Source of the DNA: Candidatus Latescibacterota bacterium
GTDB taxonomy: Bacteria > Latescibacterota > UBA2968
Length of the DNA: 64,000 nucleotides
Assembly: GCA_965198115.1 (NCBI GenBank)
Contig: OZ240241.1
Location: 224,001 to 288,000 of the forward strand
Direction: 5' to 3'
Numbering within the stretch: the first letter of the stretch is position 1; every line of letters begins with the position of its first letter. The notes beneath the pieces were generated by a model, which had not been told where the DNA came from, searched no databases, and saw nothing but the letters and a program-made list of their open reading frames with translations. Of this stretch, positions 1-8,928 are shown in pieces. The translations under genes and the position numbers were made by a program.

Positions 1-1164
1 TTTGTTGAAGTCATAGGTGTAAGGGTCGAACTCCTGCGCTTTGATTCTCGAGATCCCGTGATCGATCAAGATTTTGAAGCCTGAAAATTCGCCGTAGACG
101 CCCCAGCCCAGATTCCTGTCATCGATGATCTTGCCCAGGCCGTGACGCAATGTCGCGGCCGTTTCGCTGGCGTGTGCCTGCGGCTCTCCCGTCGACGCGA
201 TTTTGAGCGTCGCGATTCCGGCGGATGCCGACAGGGGGTTCGCGTTGAAGGTTCCGGGATGGGGCATCTTCTTTTCGACGTCGGTTTTCTTGATGGAGAT
301 CAGGTCCATGATGTCCACGCGTCCTGCGACGGCTCCGCCCGGTAACCCTCCCGCCAATATCTTAGCCATAGTCGTCATATCGGGCGTGATTCCGTAATAG
401 GCCTGGGCCCCTCCTGGCGCTACGCGAAACCCCGTGATGACTTCGTCGAAGAGCAGAATGACACCGTGTTCTTTCGTGACCTGCCGAAGGTCGCCGAGGA
501 ATTCACCGGTGCAAGGGACCGCGCCCCATCCCCCTCCCGTGGGTTCGATCAGCAGGATGGCGACATCCGGATCCGCGGCGAGGTGACTGCGAACTGCGTC
601 GATATCGTTTGGCGGGAGGACGATCGTTCCGTCGAGGACGGAATCGGGAATCCCCGGGACCTGCACATCTAGGGGCGGACGCGCGGCGGGAATGACCGAG
701 TCGTGCCAACCGTGGAAGTGACCGGCAAACTTGATGATGTTGTTCTTGCCGGTGAATGTTCGTGCGAGCCGGATTGCCATCAGCGTGGCTTCCGTTCCGG
801 AGTTCACGAATCGGACGCGTTCGGCCGACGGAATGAGGTCTTTGACCCACTGACCCCATTCCATCTCGAGCGCGTGCGACCCGCCCAGATGCGTACCCTG
901 GCCTATCCGGGCGGAGACCGCCTTCACAACCTCGGGGGGGTTGTGGCTGAGAAGCAGGGAGCCGTGGCCGCTCCAGTAATCGATCAGCTCGTGACCGCTG
1001 ATCGTGTACTTCTTTGACCCGTCGGCGTGGCTGATGTAGACCGGGAACGGGTCGGCGTGCCGGTTGTCGTGCGTGACGCCGTCGGGGAAGATGTCCTGCG
1101 CTTGTTCAGACAGCTCACGGTCTTTGGCGAATGTTGATTCGTAGCGTTCGAGAATGGTAGGCAT
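1..1164 (-). CDS. Class III PLP aminotransferase (glutamate-1-semialdehyde aminomutase-like), 3' end runs off the window
   Basis: Read manually on minus: MPTILERYESTF...IFPDGVTHDNR...IDYWSGHGSLLL...LLFDEVITGFRV...TTMAKILAGGLPGG; absent from the ORF track because there is no stop in the window. Confidence 0.85.
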   Translation of the reverse strand, partial: MPTILERYESTFAKDRELSEQAQDIFPDGVTHDNRHADPFPVYISHADGSKKYTISGHELIDYWSGHGSLLLSHNPPEVVKAVSARIGQGTHLGGSHALEMEWGQWVKDLIPSAERVRFVNSGTEATLMAIRLARTFTGKNNIIKFAGHFHGWHDSVIPAARPPLDVQVPGIPDSVLDGTIVLPPNDIDAVRSHLAADPDVAILLIEPTGGGWGAVPCTGEFLGDLRQVTKEHGVILLFDEVITGFRVAPGGAQAYYGITPDMTTMAKILAGGLPGGAVAGRVDIMDLISIKKTDVEKKMPHPGTFNANPLSASAGIATLKIASTGEPQAHASETAATLRHGLGKIIDDRNLGWGVYGEFSGFKILIDHGISRIKAQEFDPYTYDFNK

Positions 1165-1264
1165 GGGAACCTTGATTGGGATTGATGTGGGGGCCCGTTC
1201 GTGCTTCGATATATGGTGACCATTGAGATTCGTGCAGTGCTGGGTATCAACTTATGTGAGACAC

Positions 1265-1383
1265 CTACTCAGCATGAACGGGTTCTCGCCGCTTTGCAAC
1301 CGTTCATCCTGAGTAGCGAAATCGCGCGAATCAGAGCATGTCGCTCGGCCATCCGGTTGAGTCGCTTATCGAAGGGCGAACGG
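1265..1383. repeat. REP-like palindromic cluster
   Basis: ctactcagcatgaacgg (1265-1281) is a 1-mismatch inverted copy of ccgttcatcctgagtag (1300-1316), closed by gaagggcgaacgg; related element at 24360-24456. Confidence 0.55.
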
Positions 1384-1393
1384 TCCTTGCCTG

Positions 1394-1864
1394 TTACACA
1401 CCGCCCATTTTGCAGACTTCGTCGAATTCTTTCTTCGTAACAGGTTGGATAGATAGGCGCTGGCCGCGCTGAACGACTTTCATATCATTCAGCTTTTTGT
1501 TGCCTTTGAGGTCGGCGAGGTGGACGAATGACTTGAGTTTCTTCTTCCACTTTACGTCGAAGGAATACCAACGCGGCTCTTCCTTCTGTGACTTCTCATC
1601 ATAGTAGCGGTGCTTTTTGTCGAATTGCACAGGATCCGGGTAGCCGGCTTTGATGACCTCGACGATTCCGGCCACGCCGGGCTCCTCGCAGTTCGAGTGG
1701 TAGTAAAACGCAAGGTCGCCCTTCTGTATCTGGTCGCGGATGAAGTTGCGGGCCTGGTAGTTGCGGACGCCCCGCCAGTAGCCGGTACTCTTGGGGCGCT
1801 TCTTCAGTTCGTCGAAGGAGCACTCCTTCGGTTCGTTTTTTACGAGCCAGTATTTCTGCGGCAT
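1394..1864 (-). CDS. EVE domain protein (PUA-like, Thy1/THYN1 family)
   Basis: YWLVKNEP, W.GVRNYQARNF, GDLAFYYHSNC, RLSIQPVT motifs. Confidence 0.92.
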   Translation of the reverse strand: MPQKYWLVKNEPKECSFDELKKRPKSTGYWRGVRNYQARNFIRDQIQKGDLAFYYHSNCEEPGVAGIVEVIKAGYPDPVQFDKKHRYYDEKSQKEEPRWYSFDVKWKKKLKSFVHLADLKGNKKLNDMKVVQRGQRLSIQPVTKKEFDEVCKMGGV

Positions 1865-1890
1865 TGAATCTCTCCACTCTTGAGAAACCT

Positions 1891-2040
1891 ACCACGAAGA
1901 ACATGAAATACACGAAACGGAGGACCGCGGACCACACGGGAATACACGGAAGAGAGATGGGGCCTGGATCCGAGGCCCTATCGGGGACAAGACCGAGCAG
2001 AACCAGAAAACTTACCACGAAAAACACGAAATACAAAAAA
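1891..2040. repeat. 9-mer stutter repeats (accacgaa.aacacgaaa type)
   Basis: accacgaagaacatgaaatacacgaaa (1891-1917) and accacgaaaaacacgaaatacaaaaaa (2014-2040). Confidence 0.6.
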
Positions 2041-2157
2041 GAACCTACGACTTGGCGGTGGTGCAACTGAGCAAGGCCCTTGGGTGGTGGTCAAGGGACC
2101 GCTCTACAATCTCGCGCCTCTATAGCCTGACTAGAGGAACCTTCGCACAATCGAGTC

Positions 2158-2187
2158 GTTCCCCGACAGGAGTCGGGTCCCACCGCA
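2158..2187 (-). repeat. GTGG/GTAG-type REP, copy 1
   Basis: gttccccgacaggagtcgggtcccaccgca; 29/30 identical to 3779-3808; internal palindrome cccgac/gtcggg. Confidence 0.75.
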
Positions 2188-2237
2188 AGGCGGCGCTACT
2201 CTGGCCACGACTGCTCGCCGTGTCGCCTGCTTGGGAA

Positions 2238-3692
2238 TCACCCCATCACTTCCAGGGCTCGTTGTTTCCATTTGTCGTAGTTGGGTGAGAGCTTGAGCGC
2301 ATCACTTTGTAGGACGAGTTGGCCGTTCTTCCCGCGGGGATCGCCGCGCTGTTCGTTCAGGTCGGCGAGTCGTTTCCTCCACACGACGACGCGATCGGCG
2401 CAGTCGGGATCTCGAGATCGTTCGCGGCATTCCAGCGGATCGTTTTCGAGGTCGAAGAACATCTCTTCACCGGTGTGATGATACCAGATGTATTTCTCGC
2501 GGCCATCTGTGACGTATTGCATGCCGTAGTCGTGGTCGTAGCAGGTCGTGTGCTCGCCCTGGACGAAGTCTCGCCACTCGGTGCTGCCTCTGGCAAGCTT
2601 CAGTAGACTTTCGCCGTCGACGGAGTCGGGAATGTCCACGCCGGTGGCGTCGAGGATCGTCGGCATGATGTCGCGCAATTCGATCGGCTGGTCGAGGACC
2701 TGGTCGCGGTCGATGTCCCAGGTAGATGGGAAACGCATCAGAAATGGCACGCGGGCAGAGCCCTCATAAGCGTAGGTCTTACGCCAGTGGTGGTGATCGC
2801 CCATCATATCGCCGTGATCGGAGGTGAAGATGACGAGGGTGTTCGCCCACGCGTCGGCGTCGTGGCGGCGAAGCTCGTAGAGGACGCGGCCGATCTGATG
2901 GTCGATGAAGGTGATATTACCGTAGTAACTCGCTCTGGCACGATGTGTTTCGGCGTCGGTGCGATGCGAAAAGGGGGCGTTGACGTCCGCCACCTTGCGG
3001 TCGAAGCGGTCGCACCAGTCGCCGATGGCCGCACTGGGAACCTCAGGGTTGCCGTTGTACACGTCGAAGTAGGACTGCGGCGCATCGTAGGGTGAATGGG
3101 GACGCGCAAATGACAGCCACATGAAGAAGGGCTTCGTCGGATCCCTATGCGTGAGGAATTTGATGCCTTCGCTTGCGGTCCAGTGCGTGGGGTGGAGATG
3201 CTCAGGGAGGTGCGACGGGCGGGCCATCCAGCTGTTCCAGTCCACGCTGTGATCGCGGTAGCCGTAAGCGCCCTCCTTATGCTCATCGAACCATTCGTGG
3301 TAGTCGCTGATGAAGTCGCCCGTACGTCTCCCGCTTTCGTCGAGCACCAAGTTATGGAACCCGTACAGGCGACGCTGGGGCGCGAAGTGCATCTTGCCGA
3401 CGGCCTGCGTGTGGTAGCCAGCCTTTGCGAGTTCTGCCGGTAGGGTCGCGGGATATTCGAGCGGATCGTTGCCGGTCATCGTGAGCCGGCCGTGGTTCCA
3501 TTGGTCCATGCCAGTCAGGATGCAGGCTCTGGCGGGCGTGCACGAGGGGACGGAGGTGTAGGCGTGGCGGAAGCGGGCGCCTTCCTCGGCGAGCTGGTCA
3601 AGATATGGCGTTTCGACCACGGGATGGCCGTCGCAGCCGAGACAGTCGCCCCTTTGCTGGTCAGTTGTGATGAGGATGATGTTTGGTCTCAT
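2238..3692 (-). CDS. Formylglycine-dependent sulfatase (arylsulfatase/choline-sulfatase-like)
   Basis: RPNIILITTDQQR, CTPAR (CxPxR), GKMH, FTSDHGD. Confidence 0.95.
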   Translation of the reverse strand: MRPNIILITTDQQRGDCLGCDGHPVVETPYLDQLAEEGARFRHAYTSVPSCTPARACILTGMDQWNHGRLTMTGNDPLEYPATLPAELAKAGYHTQAVGKMHFAPQRRLYGFHNLVLDESGRRTGDFISDYHEWFDEHKEGAYGYRDHSVDWNSWMARPSHLPEHLHPTHWTASEGIKFLTHRDPTKPFFMWLSFARPHSPYDAPQSYFDVYNGNPEVPSAAIGDWCDRFDRKVADVNAPFSHRTDAETHRARASYYGNITFIDHQIGRVLYELRRHDADAWANTLVIFTSDHGDMMGDHHHWRKTYAYEGSARVPFLMRFPSTWDIDRDQVLDQPIELRDIMPTILDATGVDIPDSVDGESLLKLARGSTEWRDFVQGEHTTCYDHDYGMQYVTDGREKYIWYHHTGEEMFFDLENDPLECRERSRDPDCADRVVVWRKRLADLNEQRGDPRGKNGQLVLQSDALKLSPNYDKWKQRALEVMG

Positions 3693-3778
3693 GAAAAGCG
3701 GTTCCAGTCGTCAGTCGTCAGGAAACAGAGTGATGTCCGTGTGCGTTGAGCCGACGCCACGGAATTACTTACAGGTCT

Positions 3779-3808
3779 GTTCCCCGACTGGAGTCGGGTC
3801 CCACCGCA
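3779..3808 (-). repeat. GTGG/GTAG-type REP, copy 2
   Basis: gttccccgactggagtcgggtcccaccgca, direct repeat of 2158-2187. Confidence 0.75.
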
Positions 3809-3836
3809 TTGGGGCACGGAGGCACTGGTCGGCCAC

Positions 3837-4913
3837 TCAGCTGGTCCAGCATTCTTTGAGGAAGCGGATCCAATTGCCGTGGAGGATGTTGTCGATGTCC
3901 TCGCTCGAGTAGCCGCGGTTGCTCATGATTTCTGGAAGGCGCTGGAGATCGGCGATGGTGTTGAGGTCGCGCGGAGACTGTTCCTGGCCGAAGCCGCCGT
4001 CCAGGTCTGTTCCGATACCCGAATGTCGACAATTGCCGAGTAGCTGCGAGATGTGATCGATGTGATTGACGACGGTTTCGAGCGTGGCTTTGGTTGTTTG
4101 CTCGTAGCAGGGGCGCTGGCGGTCCCACGTGGGGTCGAGCATCCACGCGTCGAATGCTGCCCCAATGACGCCGCCGCGTTCGGCGATGGCCCTGATCATG
4201 TGGTCGGTGAGTTGGCGCTGGCCCGGGGTGAGCTCACGGCAATTGTGATGCGAGGCGCAGATGGGACCATCGTAGACGTCGAGCGTTTCCCAGAAGCCCT
4301 GATCGGTCGTGTGCGTCGTGTCGACGATAATGCCAGCTTCCTTCAGCGCGTCGAACAACGGTTTGGCACGGGGTAGGAGACCACCCTCGGTGCCGGTACC
4401 GTGCGCGTAGGAGCTCGTTCCGTAGTGCTGGATGCTGACCATCCTGAGGCCGAGATCGTACCACATCGGTACCTGATCCGGATCCAGAATGGGGTCGGCG
4501 CTTTCCATCGCGAGCATCACACCGACGGGTTCGTTCGAGGCCGGATCCTTCCACGCCTCGAAAGATGCATCCAGATCTTCTGCACTTCTGATGAATCGGA
4601 TCTCGCCTTCGGCTTCCATTGCCTCGTAGAACGCGTAGTGGCCCATGCCCACGCCGTGACACTGGGACTGGGCATACATACCGGTCTTCGTCCATCGATC
4701 GTTGGGGTCGATCCGGGACATGACCGTTCCGAAGATGATCCTGACGTGTCCTTTGCGCAGTTCGGGGAAGGTGACCGTGCAACTGCCGAAGCTTTGCTTG
4801 ACAGCCGCGCTGTCGTGACCCCGAACGGTCGCCGCCGGCTGTGTCAGATCGCGATTGACCTGAATAGCGCTGTAGCCGAGGTCCAGGTGGCTATCGATGA
4901 TCAGAGTTTTCAT
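3837..4913 (-). CDS. Membrane dipeptidase (peptidase M19, amidohydrolase fold)
   Basis: IIDSHLD, MESADPI, ASHHNCR, GIGTDLDGG, GNWIRF; start placed at MKTL. Confidence 0.88.
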   Translation of the reverse strand: MKTLIIDSHLDLGYSAIQVNRDLTQPAATVRGHDSAAVKQSFGSCTVTFPELRKGHVRIIFGTVMSRIDPNDRWTKTGMYAQSQCHGVGMGHYAFYEAMEAEGEIRFIRSAEDLDASFEAWKDPASNEPVGVMLAMESADPILDPDQVPMWYDLGLRMVSIQHYGTSSYAHGTGTEGGLLPRAKPLFDALKEAGIIVDTTHTTDQGFWETLDVYDGPICASHHNCRELTPGQRQLTDHMIRAIAERGGVIGAAFDAWMLDPTWDRQRPCYEQTTKATLETVVNHIDHISQLLGNCRHSGIGTDLDGGFGQEQSPRDLNTIADLQRLPEIMSNRGYSSEDIDNILHGNWIRFLKECWTS

Positions 4914-4920
4914 AGAAAAC

Positions 4921-5036
4921 AACCACGGAGAGCACGGAGGTCACGGAGGAACCATAAACCCCAAGTCAGTGCTGGGCCCAGCATTCGGGTTCACCCGCCA
5001 ACCACTCATTTGAATTTCTCCGTGTTCTCCGTGGTT
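4921..5036. repeat. 116-bp element bounded by inverted 9-mer stutters
   Basis: aaccacggagagcacggag (4921-4939) vs ctccgtgttctccgtggtt (5018-5036), 18/19 inverted match. Confidence 0.65.
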
Positions 5037-6175
5037 CAGTTCTTCCAGGTTTCGTGGAAAAAGCGAATGAGGTTGCCGTGGGCGACTTTGGAGACGTCGT
5101 TCTCGCTGTAGCCGGCATCGCGCAGGTTGTCGAGAAAGATCTGGAGGTCGTCGATCGTGTTGTAATCGACGGGCGAGAGCTCGCGGCCGAAGCCTCCGTC
5201 GAGGTCAGTGCCGAAGGCGACGTGATCGGTGTTGCCTGTGAGCTGACAGATATGGTCGATGTGCTCGACGCCCGCTCTCATGGTGCGTGTCGCGTTGGTA
5301 TAGTGCGTGTTGGGATCGTCCCAATCCCAGGTCGGGCTGAGCATCTGCTCGGCGAAGACGGTGCCGATGACGCCTCCGCGGTCGGTGATGGCCTTGATCA
5401 TGTCGTCGGACAGGTGGCGCTGACCTCGGGTGAGGGCGCGGCAGTTGCAGTGACTGGCGTGGACGGGGCCGTCCCAATAGTCGAGGATCTGCCAAAAGGC
5501 GAGGTCGGCTGCGTGGGAGAGGTCGATGGCGATGTCGGTCTCGCGCAGCGCGTCCATCAGTGGGAACGCGGGCGGATAGAGTCCACCGACGGTGCCTGTG
5601 CCATGCCCGTAGGTGTTCGCGCCGAAGTGCGTGAGTGAGACCGAGCGCAGCCCATGTTCGTACCAGAATGCGACGTTGTCGGGCCCCAAAATCGGATCGG
5701 CGCTCTCCATCGTGAGAATGAGACCGACGGGTGTGACGTCCGTTGGGTTGTGCCACGCCGCGGCGGATGTGTCGAGGTCGGCCTTGGATTTTATCCAGAA
5801 GATTTCGCCAGCCTGCTCGAGGGCTTGATAATAATGAAGGTGTGACCGTCCGCGGGCGTGGGCAACGGCTTGCGTCCGGACAGCGTTGTGCATCCCCTCA
5901 CCAGCCGGTGCCTGCACACGAGCCATGATAGTCGTGAGCATGATGCCGATCCGGCCCTTGCGCATTTCCGGCAGGCTGACGGTGACCGTCACGGTTTTGT
6001 CAGACCAGGGGCCTTTGCGTCTTTCCAGCGAGTCGGGATGCTGCGAGATGCCCGAACGCACGGCATCCTCTCGCGCCCGGAGAACGTGGATGGGTTGTGT
6101 CAGATCGCGGCGGTTGTAGAGCGCGTTGTAGGCCATGTCGAGATGGCCGTCGATGATGAGGATTGGGTTACTCAT
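5036..6175 (-). CDS. Membrane dipeptidase (peptidase M19), tandem paralog
   Basis: IIDGHLD, MESADPI, DLSH, ASHCNCR, FGTDLDGG, GNLIRF. Confidence 0.88.
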   Translation of the reverse strand: MSNPILIIDGHLDMAYNALYNRRDLTQPIHVLRAREDAVRSGISQHPDSLERRKGPWSDKTVTVTVSLPEMRKGRIGIMLTTIMARVQAPAGEGMHNAVRTQAVAHARGRSHLHYYQALEQAGEIFWIKSKADLDTSAAAWHNPTDVTPVGLILTMESADPILGPDNVAFWYEHGLRSVSLTHFGANTYGHGTGTVGGLYPPAFPLMDALRETDIAIDLSHAADLAFWQILDYWDGPVHASHCNCRALTRGQRHLSDDMIKAITDRGGVIGTVFAEQMLSPTWDWDDPNTHYTNATRTMRAGVEHIDHICQLTGNTDHVAFGTDLDGGFGRELSPVDYNTIDDLQIFLDNLRDAGYSENDVSKVAHGNLIRFFHETWKN

Positions 6176-6191
6176 ATGAGCTTAGAAACGA

Positions 6192-6359
6192 AACCACAAA
6201 TGAACACGAATGAACACGAATGTCGATACTCCTGCAGATCGAGGCCCGAATCGGGAAGCCCGTCGGTGGTGCGGCGCAGTTAAAACCTTTGGAACCACAG
6301 ATGAACACAGATGCACACGGATGCGTGGCACGACTGAACACCGTGGCCCGAATCGGGAA
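6192..6359 (+). repeat. Tandem pair of 10-mer stutter units
   Basis: aaccacaaatgaacacgaatgaacacgaat (6192-6221) and aaccacagatgaacacagatgcacacggat (6293-6322), each followed by ggcccgaatcgggaa. Confidence 0.65.
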
Positions 6360-6436
6360 AACTGATCGAGATGAACCTTAACCTTCAGGATACCCTACGT
6401 CGATGAGATCGCCTCCGGAATGTTCTTGCTGTCTGT

Positions 6437-7213
6437 TTACGTTCGGCTCATTTGGGCCAGCACTTTGGAGACTTTGCCGGCGAGGTCGTCGGGGTCGAAC
6501 GGTTTGACGACGATACTGGAAACGCCGAGAGAAATCGCCTCTGTGACGGTGGCTCGATCGGACTTGCTGGTCATGATAATGACTGGAATCTCGGCGAGCG
6601 CATCGATCTCCAAAATCTTCCGGACCATGTCGAATCCTGACATCCCGGGCAGGCCTAGACCGAACAGGAACAGATGCGGCGGGTCTCGTTCGGCCGCCGC
6701 CAGTGCCGCTTCGGGATCAGGGTAAGTCAACAAGGTGATGGGGTGTCGCGATAACGCAGTCTCGACCAGCCGTAAGGTCACAGGGTCATCGTCGACGGCG
6801 ATAACGGAGCCTCCGATGGTCCTGCCTTCCGGAATCGGCTGGTCCGGGAGCAGGGCTGTCAGTGTCTCCTGGAGCTTCTGCAGCTTGACGGGTTTGACGA
6901 GGAAACCGTCCGCATCCCGATCCTGAAGCATTGCCGCGCCCTGGTCGTCAACGTAGCCGGTGAAGACGACGACCTTGATACGTTCATCGTTCTCTCGGAT
7001 CCATTCTAGCAGTTGCCAACCGTTCAGGCCAGGCATCATCAGGTCGGTGATGACGAGGTCGATGTGGGCCGACCCCAGCACTTCGATGGCGCTTTCGGCA
7101 GATGGGGCTTCGAGGACCTGGTAGCCACTCCGCCGGATCATTTCGCCGACAGCTGCCCGGACCTCGAGTTCGTCGTCGACAACGAGGACGACTTTCGACG
7201 CGACGTCGCTCAT
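6437..7213 (-). CDS. Response regulator with two tandem receiver domains and no output domain
   Basis: VLVVDD..LVITDLMMPGLNG..FTG..VKP, then IAVDDD..LFLFGLGLPGMSG..MTS..VKPF; ATG overlaps the upstream stop (TGATG). Confidence 0.88.
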   Translation of the reverse strand: MSDVASKVVLVVDDELEVRAAVGEMIRRSGYQVLEAPSAESAIEVLGSAHIDLVITDLMMPGLNGWQLLEWIRENDERIKVVVFTGYVDDQGAAMLQDRDADGFLVKPVKLQKLQETLTALLPDQPIPEGRTIGGSVIAVDDDPVTLRLVETALSRHPITLLTYPDPEAALAAAERDPPHLFLFGLGLPGMSGFDMVRKILEIDALAEIPVIIMTSKSDRATVTEAISLGVSSIVVKPFDPDDLAGKVSKVLAQMSRT

Positions 7214-8040
7214 CAGCCGTAAGCGCCCTTTTTGTGTCGACCCAGCAATCGTTGGAGGCGTTCGTCGGCTCCCTCCCACACGTGCGCGGGCATCTGATAG
7301 TCTATAAAGGGGTAGAATCGCTGGGCGATGTAACGCTTGCTGTAGGTTACGCCGGCCAGTAGTCGCAGTTGATCCATCGTGTTGACGGACCCGCGATGCC
7401 AAACCTGGTTGTCGAACATGTAAGCGTCACCGGCCTTGGCGAAGATTGAAACGGGCCCTCGTCCTCGAAATGTCGGCTCGTCGATGTTCCTTTCAGGTCC
7501 GCGGCCGGCATAGTGGCTACCCGGAACGACTTGTGTCGGCGCCTTGTCGGGTGTGTCCATGTCCATCACGGCGGTGAAAATCTGCAGAACGTTGCACGGC
7601 GGTGGGATATCGGTCGGGTGCCCGTCGCATTCTTCCGGGACCGGGTGTTGAACGAGGTCATCAAGATGCCACCCGCCGCCGACGCCTGGCTCGTTCACGA
7701 GGGCATTCTGGGCCATCACGTGACAATTCTCACCCAGCACGGTTTCGGCGATCGTTGGGAACGGCTCTCGGACGATCAGGTCCCTGAACGCGCGGTCGTA
7801 TTCGAACATCCTCATCATACTTCGGCCACGGATGTGATCCCCAGCCTCGTCCTGTCGGATCGCTGGGTCCGACCACTTCCGTTCCATCCCCTCTTTCAAC
7901 GCCGCGACCTCGTCGTCGTCCAGCACCGGGCCCAGACAGTAGTAGCCATCTTTGTTGAGCGCGTTCTGGATGTCTCGGAGGGTGGCGGTGTCGGGTGGCG
8001 TTCCAGCTTTGATGGCGGGTGATGCTGTAGAAAGGGCCAT
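7213..8040 (-). CDS. Phytanoyl-CoA dioxygenase family (Fe/2OG) protein
   Basis: KDGYYCL, GWHLD, TQVVPGSH, AGDAYMFDNQVWHRG. Confidence 0.88.
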   Translation of the reverse strand: MALSTASPAIKAGTPPDTATLRDIQNALNKDGYYCLGPVLDDDEVAALKEGMERKWSDPAIRQDEAGDHIRGRSMMRMFEYDRAFRDLIVREPFPTIAETVLGENCHVMAQNALVNEPGVGGGWHLDDLVQHPVPEECDGHPTDIPPPCNVLQIFTAVMDMDTPDKAPTQVVPGSHYAGRGPERNIDEPTFRGRGPVSIFAKAGDAYMFDNQVWHRGSVNTMDQLRLLAGVTYSKRYIAQRFYPFIDYQMPAHVWEGADERLQRLLGRHKKGAYG

Positions 8041-8175
8041 GGCGTGCTCTGGTTGTGACGGGTTCGGGGGGGCAGCGTATCTTAGTCGGCAAACCTTTTG
8101 CCGAACAGGCGGAAGAGTACGAGCGGGATTCCGTGAACTCAAGCAGATTCTGCAACCTTGATGCGGGAGACGGGA

Positions 8176-8919
8176 ATGGATCTGGACGGAAAAGTCGCCA
8201 TCGTGACGGGTGGAAACGGTGGGCTCGGGAGACGGATCTGTCTCGCATTGGACCGGGCAGGATGCCGCGTGGCTGTACTCTACAATCAGGACGATGAAGA
8301 GTCCGGGGCCGTGGCGTTTGCCTCGGGTCTCCGTGACGCACGGTCGTTTCAGGTCGAGCTGAGGGATGTCGAGAGCGTCAACAGCATGGTCACCACGGTT
8401 CACAAGGCATTCGAACGGGTCGATATCCTGATCAACGATGCCGCCTTCAACCAGTGGATTCCGTTCGATGATATCGACGCGATGACCTACGAAATCTGGG
8501 ACAAGATTCTGGACATCAACTTGAACGGTCCGATGCGGTGCATCAAGGCGGTGGCGCCGCTGATGAAGGAGGTGGGGGGCGGTCGGATCGTGAACATTTC
8601 CTCAACCGCCGGTTTCGGCCCCACCGGGTCGTCGGTTCCCTACGCCACGTCGAAGGCCGGCCTGAACCATCTCACGAAATGTTTTGCCGTCGGACTCGCT
8701 CCGACGATTCTGGTCAACGGTGTGGCGCCCGGGTATATCGAGGGCACGCACACGACGGAACAACTAGATCCAGCCTATCGGGCAATTGCGAAGGACATCG
8801 TTGCGCTCAAGCGAGCGGCGGACAAGGACGACATTGCCAAGCAGGTGGTGCTGTTCTGCGAGACGGAGAGTGCGACGGGACAGACGGTGGTGATTGATGG
8901 GGGCAGATACTTCAGGTAA
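8176..8919 (+). CDS. SDR family oxidoreductase
   Basis: VTGGNGGLG, VNISS, YATSK, VNGVAPG. Confidence 0.93.
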   Translation: MDLDGKVAIVTGGNGGLGRRICLALDRAGCRVAVLYNQDDEESGAVAFASGLRDARSFQVELRDVESVNSMVTTVHKAFERVDILINDAAFNQWIPFDDIDAMTYEIWDKILDINLNGPMRCIKAVAPLMKEVGGGRIVNISSTAGFGPTGSSVPYATSKAGLNHLTKCFAVGLAPTILVNGVAPGYIEGTHTTEQLDPAYRAIAKDIVALKRAADKDDIAKQVVLFCETESATGQTVVIDGGRYFR

Positions 8920-8928
8920 AAGTGCAAA

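Noticed and set aside
1891-6359. CRISPR array suggested by repeated aaccac.. motifs
   Set aside because: No constant repeat with regular unique spacers and no cas genes.
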